Part shown: positions 38,938 to 50,100 of the stretch, piece by piece | Position numbering within the stretch: the first letter of the stretch is position 1 | How the letters are laid out: the number at the start of each line of letters is the position of its first letter | DNA from: Octopus sinensis | Taxonomy: Eukaryota | Assembly: GCF_006345805.1 (NCBI RefSeq) | Contig: NC_043024.1 | Span: 18,290,001 to 18,354,000 of the forward strand | Direction of reading: 5' to 3' | Length of the DNA: 64,000 bases | Notes under the pieces: model-generated | Told to the model about the DNA's origin: nothing | The model's input: the letters and a program-made list of their open reading frames with translations, nothing else | Database searches by the model: none | Made by a program: the position numbers and the translations under genes

Positions 38938-40032
38938 CCAACACCAACTTTGCTCCCATTTAAAAGACATTACCAAAGTGGAGAAATGTTCTTGTGAGAA
39001 ATATCTCCCAAAGACTGGTGATTCTTTGCAGGAATTTACCAAAATCTACCAAAATTTATCAGTTGTTAGAGAAAGATTAATTCTACAGACTCCTTCATTG
39101 AGTTGGTTTAGTCTTGGTTCTTCAGGGTAAATAGCAATCTTCATCACACACGGACACACACACACACACACACATGCATGCATGTATACACATACATATA
39201 CATACATGCACATAGATACATATGCACACACAGACACACACATACACATAGACTCACATGATCGTACACACACACACACACATTCACATACACACCCACA
39301 TGTATACACACACATGTGCATGTATACACACATATACATACACATAGATACACTTGCACACACAGATACACAAACATACACATAGACTCACATGCTCATA
39401 CACGCACACAGGTGTATATGCACACACACACAAACACACTTAGGCCCATACACATTCACATATACAAACCACACACATGCACAAACACAGATGCATACAT
39501 ACACATGCAAATTCGCATACACACATATACATGCACATACACACACAGAGACACACTCATACACATACATATACACACAGAGACACAAACACACACACAA
39601 AAACAGACAGACAGACACACATAAATTGTTTTTCAGTTAATGAAAGAGGGAGGGGGAGAGGGAGAGAGAGAATGAGAACAAAGTATAGTAAGGGAAAGAG
39701 AAAAAGAGAGAGAGGGAAAGAGTTTGGGAGAATGAAATAAATAAGGAAAAGAGAAAAGAAGGAAAGAAAGAAAGAAAGGAAAAAAGAAAGAAGGGAAGAA
39801 AGAAAGAAAGAAAGAAAGAAGGAAAGAAAGAAAAAATAAAGAAAGAAAGATAAGGGGAAGGATAGAGTGAAAGAAAAATCAAGAGTAAGGGAGACTGAAA
39901 GAGTAAGAGTGAATGAGAAAAAGAAAGGAGAGAAAAAGAGAAGGGAGAGAGAGAGAAAGAATCAAATAGAAAGAGAGAGAGAGTGAGAGCAAGAGAAAGA
40001 GAAGGAAACAGTGAGAGAGTGAGAGAGGAAGA

Positions 40033-40066
<34 letters not shown>

Positions 40067-40675
40067 AGAGAGAGAGAGTGGAGCGAGAGAGAGTGAGGAG
40101 AGGAGAAAGGGAGAGAGAAGATAGCAAGAGAGAGAGAGAAAGAGAGGAAGAGAGAGAGAAAGAAAGAGAAAGAGAGAGAGAAAGAGAGCAAGAGAGAGAG
40201 TAAAGAGAGACAGAGAGAGAGAGAAAGGGAGAGAGAGAAAGAGAGCAAGAGAGAGAGAGAAAGAGAAAGAGAGAGAGAAAGAGAAAGAGAGAGAGAAAGA
40301 GAGCAAGAGAGAGAGTAAAGGAGAGACAGAGAGAGAGAAAGGGAGAGAGGGGGAGGGAGAGGGAGAGAGAGTAAGAGAAAGGCTGATGGAGTTTATTTGT
40401 CTATTCTCAGCAGAGAAGTTTGAGGCTGTTGGTAGTAATTCCAATCTCATTTGATTCCAACCTGAAGAATATCTAAAATGGTTTGGAAACCAAATTCCTT
40501 TTGATAATCAATCTCTGATTAAACGACTTCAGTAACACTTCTTCTTCTCTCCGTTTTCACCAATTAGTGATTCCACTGGACCAAAGTGTAAATGGTTATA
40601 TCTGTTGTTCAAATATTTTCGACGTGGGTGGTCATCTATTTCTCTCCGCTGAAGAAAGCTCCGAGCTGTTTTTAG
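38850..40675 (-). repeat. Copy B of the inverted compound duplication
   Basis: Reverse complement matches 18935-20940. Confidence 0.9.
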
Positions 40676-41038
40676 AATAGAATGAATTAACTTTGATCAG
40701 AGACTAGTTTGATCAATTAGGTATGATACCTGGTTTTATTACAAATATGTACCTTCTTGGCCACAATCCAATGAGTGAGATAAGAAAATGATTAAGAGAA
40801 TATAGACACAGGTGTGGCTGTGTGGCAAGAAGCTTGCTTCCCAACCACATGGTTCCAGGTTCAGTCCCACTGCACTGCACCTCAAGCAAGTGTCTACTAC
40901 TATAGCCTCAGGCCGATCAAAACCTAGTGAGAAAATTTAGTAGATGGAAACTGAAAGAAGCCCATCGTATATATATATATATATATATGGAAAAAAGTCA
41001 AGATAGAAAATGCTAATTTAATTTTATAAAAAACATTT

Positions 41039-41074
41039 CAGTACCGGTTTCAGTCATTGAGCCTTTTTCAACTG
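41039..41074 (-). ncRNA. Minimal hammerhead, U3-A8 variant
   Basis: Minus strand CAG-TTGAAAA-AGGC-tcaat-GACT-GAAA-CCGG-TA-CTG. Confidence 0.6.
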
Positions 41075-41312
41075 TAAGTATGGAAAACAATTAAATTTGG
41101 AAAAATTAAAAGAAAAGTTTTTTTAAAAGAATATTTGTTTAGTGTTCAAATGCACTATACAATTCACAATGACCTCAAACCCACAATAGTAAACAAGAGA
41201 GACAGAGAAAGGCAGAAACAAGGAAAATGCCAATTGTATTTGAACACTAAACAAATATTCTTTTAAAAAAACTTTCCTTTTAATTTTTCTAAATTTAATT
41301 ATTTAATTGTTA

Positions 41313-41348
41313 CAGTTGAAAAAGTCTCAGTCACTGAAACCGGTACTG
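41313..41348 (+). ncRNA. Minimal hammerhead, U3-A8 variant
   Basis: CAG-TTGAAAA-AGTC-tcagt-CACT-GAAA-CCGG-TA-CTG; palindromic stem III ACCGGT. Confidence 0.6.
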
Positions 41349-41437
41349 AAATGTTCTTTATAAAATTATTTTAGCATTTTCTATCTTGACTTGTTTTTTC
41401 CATATATATCAACTCGTGTGTTCCTTTTCATCCTTAT

Positions 41438-41469
<32 letters not shown>

Positions 41470-41968
41470 TAAAAGAAAAGTTTTTTTAAAAGAATATTTG
41501 TTTAGTGTTCAAATGCACTATACAATTCACAATGACCTCAAAATGTAACTCTTAATCATCAGGTCTCTAAATAACTTTACCATAGTTCGATACCAAATAC
41601 TATATTTTAATTTTAACAGATAAGTATGCGTGTGTGCAAATAGATTCTCTGAACCTTACTGTGCAAGCCATAATTTACTGGTGAGTGTGTTAAATTATAA
41701 GGCACTATTTGGTATCGAACTATGATAAAGCTATTTAGAGGCCTGATGACTGGTATTACATTTTAAGAAAGGTTCCTGTAAAACACTGCATTCTTGACCG
41801 TAAAAGAAGGTCAAGAAACACGTGTAGCAGAGAAATGAGTAGTAAGTATTAAATTAAAATTCTTTTATATATATTTCATTATTGAGAATAATTTGAACCC
41901 CTGTGATGCCAGAATTTTTATTCCCTAATAAATAAAATAAAATTATATATATATATATATATACATAT

Positions 41969-42760
41969 AATCTAGAAACGTTGACGTTCTCAAATGATCC
42001 TTGTACTTGTGATATTTTACTGTTTTTACCTCCATATCTTCGTGGGTTATTTTTGAGTAAACATTATCTGAGAGAAATTTTCTTAAAGTAGTGGAAATGG
42101 CTAAAAAACTTTTTGGCTGCTATTTCTAGAAAGTTCAGTATGTGGCAAAGTAATTTATTTTACTAAGCCCTAATTATATAATGTAATATTTTGAATTCGC
42201 CTTAAATGGTCCTTTTACATACTGAACACTACTTTGGTGAAATTGATTAATAACTAATTAATTTTACCCTCAATTGTTGATATTATAATTCCTTTCTCTC
42301 TGTTCTATTGCTATGGTTCTCACCGTTAAAATATATGTTTACTAGATAGCTCACGTGGGTGGAAGGGGAGAGAACATGAATCTTCGCTTGTACATTTTGA
42401 ATTTGCTAGTACTGGCAGTCTGAACGTGTTCGTCTGAGGTGATACGTTGCTGGAGGGGTATGTTCATTCTTTTAGTGCTTTCAAATCCAAAATTAAGAAA
42501 TGTTGAGCTGACGAAGGAAATGCTGAGTTTTATTTGGCTAATCTAGAAACGTTGACGTTCTCAAATGATCTTTGTACTTGTGATATTTTACTGTTTTTAC
42601 CTCCATATCTTCGTGGGTTATTTTTGAGTAAACATTATCTGAGAGAAATTTTCTTAAAGTAGTGGAAATGGCTAAAAAACTTTTTGGCTGCTATTTCTAG
42701 AAAGTTCAGTATGTGGCAAAGTAATTTATTTTACTAAGCCCTAATTATATAATGTAATAT
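41969..42760 (+). mobile_element. PLE-type partial tandem pseudo-LTR element (family H4)
   Basis: 221-bp near-identical direct repeats 41969-42189 and 42540-42760, (TA)n at both outer ends, hammerhead spanning the start of the second repeat. Confidence 0.7.
42503..42564 (+). ncRNA. Type I hammerhead ribozyme
   Basis: Stem I TTGAG/CTCAA; core CTGACGA; imperfect long stem II; GAAA; stem III ACG-ttga-CGT; GTT triplet. Confidence 0.65.
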
Positions 42761-43011
42761 ATATATATATATATAATATATATATATATAATATATATAT
42801 ATATAAATAGATGCGTGTATTTTTCCCTTGTTAACAATTAACACGGAAAAAATAGATAAATAGTTACCAGGGTAGCAAAAAATCACACAATTAAAAAGGG
42901 CATAACATCTTATTTTTAAAGGTAGAAACTCCGGGTTTATTTGAAATATTGTGTATAATATATATAAATAAATAAATGGAGTTAAATGCAGATGTTATTC
43001 AAATGTTTTTA

Positions 43012-43098
43012 CTTCCAACACATGTTTCGAAGATATCATTGGTATTATTCTAAAGGAATAAGATGGTGTAAAACAATGTAATCTTCTCTTCAGGGAAA
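43012..43098 (-). ncRNA. Type I hammerhead ribozyme with canonical core and long stem II
   Basis: Minus strand TTTCC-CTGAAGA-GAAGAT...ATCTTC-GAAA-CA-tg-TG-T-T-GGAAG; G10.1-C11.1 pair present. Confidence 0.7.
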
Positions 43099-43199
43099 TG
43101 AAGAAATAAAACTTATCAATACATATTTATGTTAAATAAAATGAGACAACAATGCCAAGGCAGTGTGGAATTTTCAGGACATTTATAAAGAGAAAATTA

Positions 43200-43247
43200 G
43201 TCTTACAGCTGTTTCTGGGATATCAGAGATATCCCTTCATCAGAGGC
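43200..43247 (-). ncRNA. Minimal type I hammerhead ribozyme
   Basis: Minus strand GCCT-CTGATGA-A-GGGATATC-tct-GATATCCC-A-GAAACAGCTGTA-AGAC. Confidence 0.75.
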
Positions 43248-43759
43248 AATGTGAGATGGTTAAATGGGGGAAAATATTAGAGTTCAATATGAGGAGTTAT
43301 TTTGGAAAAGGAAACAAATAAGGAGTATATAGGGAAATAGGGGAATGAATGTAGAAATAAAAATAAAAATGTATAAAGATGTTATAGTTGCAGCTCCATT
43401 ATCCAAGGAAAGTGGTGTGTAGAAGTGGTAGAAATGCTTCCTGTCTGTAGTATGTAAATTCCAATAGAAGCTCATATTTTATTTCGTTTTTGGATTTGGT
43501 TTGCAAGATTCTTTATGTGAGTTTGTGTGTTGAAGCATGTTTTGTTGTGTCTGGGGAGAGTTATTCTCTTTTAGTGCCTTATAATTTAACACACTCACTG
43601 GTAAAATTTCCACTCATTTACTTATTTATTTTTCTATAATTTTCGTTGCGTTTTGCAACCTTTTCAGTAGTTGTTGACTCTGTCCATTATCCAAGCTTTT
43701 TGTTTGTTTGTGTGCAAGTGTGTGAGTCCGTGTGTGTGCACATACACATGTATATATGT

Positions 43760-44480
43760 ATGTATGTATGTATGCTTGCACGTAAATGTGTGTATGCATG
43801 TATGTATGTGTATGCATATGTATATATGTATGTATGTGTATGCATGTATGTATGTGTATGCGTATGTATATATGTATGTATGTGTATGCATGTATGTATG
43901 TGTATGCATATGTATATATGTATGTATGTGTATGCATGTATGTATGTGTATGCGTATGTATATATGTATGTATGTGTATGCATGTATGTATGTGTATGCG
44001 TATGTATATATGTATGTATGTGTATGCATGTATGTATGTGTATGCGTATGTATATATGTATGTAGTGTGCATCATGTATGTATGTGTATGCGTATGTATA
44101 TATGTATGTATGTGTATGCATGTATGTATGTGTATGCGTATGTATATATGTATGTATGTGTATGCATGTATGTATGTGTATGCGTATGTATATATGTATG
44201 TGTGTGTATGCATGTATGTATGTGTATGCATATGTATATATGTATGTATGTGTATGCATATGTATATATGTATGTGTGTGTATATATGTATGTATGTGTA
44301 TGCGTATGTATATATGTATGTGTGTGTATGCATGTATGTATGTGTATGCGTATGTATATATGTATGTATGTGTATGCATGTATGTATGTGTATGCATATG
44401 TATATATGTATGTATGTGTATGCGTATGTATATATGTATGTATGTGTATATATGTATGTATGTGTATGCATGTATGTATG
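43760..44480 (+). repeat. 46-bp higher-order repeat of TATG/TGCA microsatellite units
   Basis: GTATATATG landmarks at 43820, 43866, 43912. Confidence 0.85.
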
Positions 44481-44894
44481 TATATATGCATATTCATGTG
44501 TTTGTGTGTTTTTATTTGTGTCTTTGCATGTGGGTGTGTATGTGTACCTCTGTCACCTTGTGTCTGCATGTCTGAGTGTGTGTGTATGGGTTTTTGCGAC
44601 TATGTACTGTGTCTGTATGTATAGATGTGTATCTCCATATGTGTCCTTGTGTGAAGTGTGTGCGTATATGGTCATGTGTTTCAGTCTTCATTTGTTTATG
44701 TGTGTGTGTGTGCTTATCTGTTCATATAACATATGTATCTGTCTGTCTATATGTCTATCTGTTTACTTTCATATCCATATACCTACATACATGTGCATAT
44801 ACATATACACATATACACACCCACAGATACATACATATATCTACATGCCCACTAACCATCCTACCTATATATAAATAGAAACTGTGTGTATGGG

Positions 44895-45284
44895 GGTGTG
44901 ATTATCTGCTACATGTATTTCCTATTTAGTACTGGGGATGTTTCATTTATGAGGACGTACTCCTGTATTTGTCTGAGTGTTGGGTCCTTTGGGTGCTTGG
45001 ATAAAATGCGGATGTCAAGTTGACCCAGGTTGCCTCTATGTAGGTCCTTGGCAGGTTGGTAGAGTATGGAAGACTGTCTTGTTGTCGTCATATTGTCTCA
45101 GATGTTCATTAAGTCTTTCCGCAATGCTCCTAGATGTCTCCCTATGTATGTCACGTTCATGTTTTACAAGCACCTTCTATGCATCTTATGCTGTAGACTA
45201 CATTTCTAGTTCTACAGTTAATGCCACGGCTAATCCTACATACCATGCAGTTATCATTGGTGCATATAGTATTTTCAAAGGGAT
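44895..45284 (-). pseudogene. PLE GIY-YIG endonuclease remnant
   Basis: ICTNDNCMVCRISRGINCRTRNVVYSIRCIEGAC../YIGETSRSIAERLNEHLRQY../LRQIQEYVLINETSPVLNRKY. Confidence 0.85.
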
Positions 45285-45690
45285 CCCCCAGATTCCTTCA
45301 TCTGTTTGGGAGTGGCAGTTCTTCACACATCCCTCCTCATTCATACTACAGATGGATGAGGAGAGATGTGTGAAGAAGTGCCACTCCCAAATGGTTGAAG
45401 GAATCTGGGGGAGAGGTAGACCCAGGAAGACATGGGATGAAGTGGTCAAGCATGACCTTCGAACGTTGGGCCTCACAGAGGCAATGACGAAAGACCGAAA
45501 TCTCTGGAGATATGCTGTGACTGCAAAGACCCGACAACTTACCTGTGCCGGTGGCACATAAAAAGCACCATCCGAACGTGGCCGATGCCAGCGCTGCCTT
45601 GACTGGCTTCCATGCACCAACCAATCATGGCCGCTGCCAGCCTCCCCTGGCACCTGTGCTGGTGGCACATAAAAACCACCCACAAACATC
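45285..45690 (+). mobile_element. RTE LINE 3' end with 5' fold-back
   Basis: MDEERCVKKCHSQMVEGIWGRGRPRKTWDEVVKHDLRTLGLTEAMTKDRNLWRYAV; 60-bp inverted copy at its 5' junction. Confidence 0.88.
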
Positions 45691-45849
45691 ACTCCTTGAT
45701 ATTTGTCAGTTTTCTACCACATGTTCACCCTTTTTGCTTTGTCATAATCTCTTTGTATCTTATTCCATTCTTTGTTTCTATATCTAGGGCAGGTACCACT
45801 GGTATCATTACATATAATGTTATCTAATTTCTTTCTAGCCCCCTTCCCT

Positions 45850-46330
45850 GTTTACTCAAACCCTATCTTTCTGATCATATTCGGAGAACTGCATGCGGTG
45901 CATGAAGTTCTGTATATGTTTTGTCGTTTCATAGGGTTCGCATAGTGGGGACACATTGTTCATTATCCTAATTAAGTCTGCTATCAGTATGTTAATTTTC
46001 ATGTTGTGTAATAAAGCTGAGTTCTTGTGAACAACATATTTTGAAGTCATGGGTTTCAGGTAACAAGAGTGGAGGAGATGCACTCTATTGTTTGCAGTCT
46101 TTAACCAAAGTTCAGTATCAAGTACAGGGAGTCTATTGTTGGGGTGCTTAGTGGGGTAACCTTGATACTCTGGTGGCTGGAGTTAACTACTTGCTGGATG
46201 CAGATTGCTTCGATAACCAGCTGGTGGAGGAGGCTCTTCCTGGGGTTAAAAACAGTAATGTTGAACAGCCATAATCATGTGGCTGTAAACATTACTTCTC
46301 AGTATAGTTACTACTTTCATCTCTTATAGA
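45850..46330 (-). pseudogene. PLE reverse transcriptase (domains 6-7 and thumb) remnant, same element as 44895-45284
   Basis: QQVVNSSHQSIKVT../YPTKHPNNRLPVLDTELWL..HSCYLKPMTSKYVVHKNSAL..MHRMQFSEY. Confidence 0.78.
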
Positions 46331-46894
46331 GATTTTTCTAACGAGCCACTTTATACATACATACGTACATGCATACATACATACGTACATACACACATAC
46401 ATACATACAAACATACATACATACACACATACATACATACGTACATACATACATACATACATACATACATACATACGTACATACATACATACATACATAC
46501 ATACATACATACATACATACATACATACATGCATACATACATACACACACACATACATACAAACATACATACATACATACATACAAACATACATACATGC
46601 ATACATACATACATACATACATACACACATACATACATACATACATACATACAAACAATACATACATACATACATACATACATACATACACACATACATA
46701 CACACATACATACATATACATTGGGTTGATAAAAAAAGTTCATAGTGTTTTTTAAGTAAAATTCACTAATAATATTTAGATCCTGGTCACAGCAGTGCAG
46801 TATAATTTTCAGCGGTGGTGCCCCAGCATGGCCGCGGCCTTCGGGCTGAAACATTTTTAAGGATTTTAAGGATTTATAGTTATGTGCTGTACCT

Positions 46895-47035
46895 TTACTC
46901 ATCCACACATTTCCCATTTTGTACATTTCGCCATCTTTCAGGCAGCTTCAGGATCCCGTCCTTCCAGAACTTGTCATCTTTCTGAGTAATAAACTGGTCT
47001 AAGTGGTCTTTACAGTCTTTTAAAGAATCAAAGCT
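46895..47035 (-). mobile_element. Mariner transposase C-terminal fragment
   Basis: GESFDSLKDCKDHLDQFITQKDDKFWKDGILKLPERW. Confidence 0.8.
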
Positions 47036-47046
47036 CTCCCCATTAA

Positions 47047-47267
47047 CCCTTTCGTTACCAACCCGGCCAAAACAGCCTCTGGCTCTGTAGTACAAATGTC
47101 TTGTTTTCATAAGTTCTGAATTAAAATCTTCCACCAAACCTTAGTCACAATTTATGTTCCTAACACTAGCTTAATGATGACTAAGTTATTTTACTAAATT
47201 CTTTGTTATATTTAAAGTAATTTAAAGAAACACAGAGCATCTCAGCAGAAATATGGTAACAAAAGGG
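47047..47267. mobile_element. piggyBac-type MITE
   Basis: TTAA|CCCTTTCGTTACC ... GGTAACAAAAGGG|TTAA. Confidence 0.85.
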
Positions 47268-47298
47268 TTAAAATATATAATAGAGAAACAATTCTTAA

Positions 47299-47520
47299 CC
47301 CTTTTGATACCAACCCAGCTGAAACTGCTTCTGGTTCTGTAGTATAAACGTCTTGTTTCCAAAAGTTCTGAATTAAAATCTTCCACCAAACCTTAGTCAC
47401 AATTTATGTTCCTAACACTAGCTTAATGATGACTAAGTTATTTTACTAAATTCTTTGTTATATTTAAAATTAATTGAAAGAAACAGAGAGCATCTCAACA
47501 GAAATACAGTAACGAAAGGG
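47299..47520. mobile_element. piggyBac-type MITE, second copy
   Basis: TTAA|CCCTTTTGATACC ... GTAACGAAAGGG|TTAA; same internal sequence as the first copy. Confidence 0.85.
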
Positions 47521-48357
47521 TTAAGAGAAATTTGCAAGGATTAGAATAAATGATAATCCAAAGGTGCAAGGTCAGGTGAGTATGGTGGATGGGTAGGACA
47601 TCCTACCCACGATGCATCAATTTCTGCTGGGTCTGCAAAGAAACTTGCAGTCTAGTGTTGTCTTGGTGTAAGACAACACCCTTTTGATTAACCAGTTCTG
47701 GACGCTTGCATTACTTACCTCCTTTAATCTGTCTAATTGGGAACAATAACAGTCTGAATCTAACATCTGATTTCATGGAAGTAGCTTGCAATACACAATG
47801 GCCTTAACCATTTATGAATAATGCTTCCAGCTGTGACACCATCCCCATAAACAGCACATATCTTCTTTGCCGTTTGTGCAGTGTTTTTACCTTTCAGAAA
47901 TAAAAGAGCATTAAATAATAAAAATGTATTTCATTTTCTTTCATTTTCAATTTTATCGTTGAATTAAATAATCCACACAAAATACAAATATAAAAATGCT
48001 TTGATTTCTCTTCTTTCAGAAAATATATATAGGTCATATGTTCCTGTCATGTGATAAAACAGATCATGTGATTAAACATCACCAACTGACAAAATCTCTA
48101 CAAACTTTTTATCAAGCCAATATATATATATACACACACACACATATATATATAACACAAATATATATATTATATATATATATATATATATATGTATATA
48201 ATCAGCCGAAATTGCTAGGATGATCCGGTTCTTGACTGAAGATTGAAGGCTTCGAATGTCCCGTCCGTGATTTTTGTATCGTCTTCTAAATGTTTTACGT
48301 TCTTGTCCCAGTTTGTATTTTTCTACATATTTATATATATATATATATATATACATA

Positions 48358-48740
48358 CACAAAGAGGCTGCAAAGAGAGAGGTTTGGAGATGCTACTATG
48401 AAAGGTTGCTGAATAAAGAAAATGAATAGGAGAAAGAGAGTCTGCCGAATGTCGACCCAACAGAGGGACCAGCTATCCGAGTTGACAATACCTTGGTAGA
48501 TAAAGCAATTAAAAGTATGAAGACAGGGAAAGACCCTGGCCCATCAAAAATCACTTCAGAGATACTCAAAATATCTGGCAGTGTTGGCTATAGCCTAGTC
48601 ACCCGTATAGTTAACCAGGTGATACATGAAGGAGTCATACCCAATGACTGGTGCAGCAGCATAATAGTTAACTGCTACAAAGGAGAAGGTGATGCATTAG
48701 ATACAAATAATTGCAGAGGTATCAAGTTGTTAGATCAGGT
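48358..48740 (+). mobile_element. RTE LINE RT N-terminal fragment
   Basis: VDKAIKSMKTGKDPGPSKITSEILK..IPNDWCSSIIVNCYKGEGDALDTNNCRGIKLLDQV, fused to a minus-strand S1 SINE. Confidence 0.85.
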
Positions 48741-48904
48741 ATATGACGGGCTTCTTTCAGTTTCCGTCTACCAAATCCACTCACAAGGCTTTGGTTGGCC
48801 CGAGGCTATAGTAGGAGACACTTGCCCAAGGTGCCACGCAGCGGGACTGAACCTGGAATCATGTGGTTGGGAAGAAAGCATTTTACCACACTGCTATGCC
48901 TACA

Positions 48905-49000
<96 letters not shown>

Positions 49001-49019
49001 ATATATTATATATATATAT

Positions 49020-49405
49020 CTAGCAGTATCGCCCGCGTTGCTCGGGTTTGTAAGGAAATAACTATATAAGCATTTTTAGAGATGTAAAGTATAATAGTCA
49101 TCTCAATATGGCTAACCACAAAGGGGGAGGGGTGTTACTGTAGCTTTTACGTTCTGAGATTTAATAATAAATTTTTAGAGAGTTACTTCCCTTAAAATAC
49201 ATTAAAAATGGGAAAAATTGATGGTAAATTTCTTTTTAAATCGTAGACTCATTGTAGACGCGCGCTAATACCCAGAAGGGCTTGATATGAATCACGACTA
49301 TAAGATACCCGCTTTTGGTTAAACTGCACTGCAAAATGTGGGAGTAGTTAGGAATCTAAATCGTAGGAGACAGACAGCACACAACCTCACTTTTATTTAT
49401 AAAGA
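49020..49405 (-). mobile_element. Non-autonomous Helitron
   Basis: Minus strand starts A|TCTTTATAAATAAAAG and ends with hairpin CCCG-agcaacg-CGGG then CTAG. Confidence 0.8.
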
Positions 49406-49694
49406 TAATTATTTCAGGTTATCAGGATATTTACTATTCTACACTTTATTAATGCAAAGCAAACAGCATCAGTTATAATATTATTACAAATTTGGGATTT
49501 TGCCAATAAGACCACAACTTCAATTTCAGGACAACCTTATTTACTGAAGTACACATAGAAAATTATATCCAAAATACTAATCTAATAATATAAGCATTTT
49601 AAAACCTACTATAACAGAGAATAAGAATTAAGTACATTAGAATTAACTATAAATTATTTAAACATATAAAAAAAAAAAAATATATATATATATA

Positions 49695-50100
49695 GGCACA
49701 GGAGTGGTTGTGTGGTAAATAGTTTGCTTACCAACCACATGGTTCTGGGTTCAGTCCCACTGCGTGGCACCTTGGACAAATGTCTTCTACTATAGCCTCA
49801 GGCTAACCAAAGCCTTGTGAGTGGATTTGGTAGATGGAAACTGAAAGAAGCCCGTCATATATATGTATATATATATGTGTACGTGTATGTTTGTGTGTCT
49901 GTGTTTGTCCCCCTGGCATTGCTTGACAAACAATGCTGGTGTGTTTATGTCCCTGTCACTTAGCAGTTCAGCAAAAAAGAGACCGATAGAATAAGTACTG
50001 GGCTTACAAAGAATATGTCCCAGGGTCGAGTTGCTCGATTAAAGGCGGTGCTCCAGCATGGCCGCAGTCAAATGACTGAAACAAGTAAAAAAGTAAAAAA
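49695..50100 (+). mobile_element. SINE family S1
   Basis: Colinear with other S1 copies. Confidence 0.88.

Larger units (their letters stand above)
40987..41403. mobile_element. Fold-back element (family H3) in (TA)n with a hammerhead in each arm
   Basis: Arms 40987-41151 and 41238-41403 (~165 bp), 86-bp spacer. Confidence 0.85.
42995..43478 (-). mobile_element. Family H1 PLE-type element with two hammerheads
   Basis: 43130-43478 matches ~95-466; extends further to include a second ribozyme. Confidence 0.7.

Noticed and set aside
45150-45170. In-frame TGA as selenocysteine in the PLE endonuclease
   Set aside because: The TGAs coincide with frameshifts in a decayed copy, not with conserved Cys positions, and I saw no SECIS-like hairpin.
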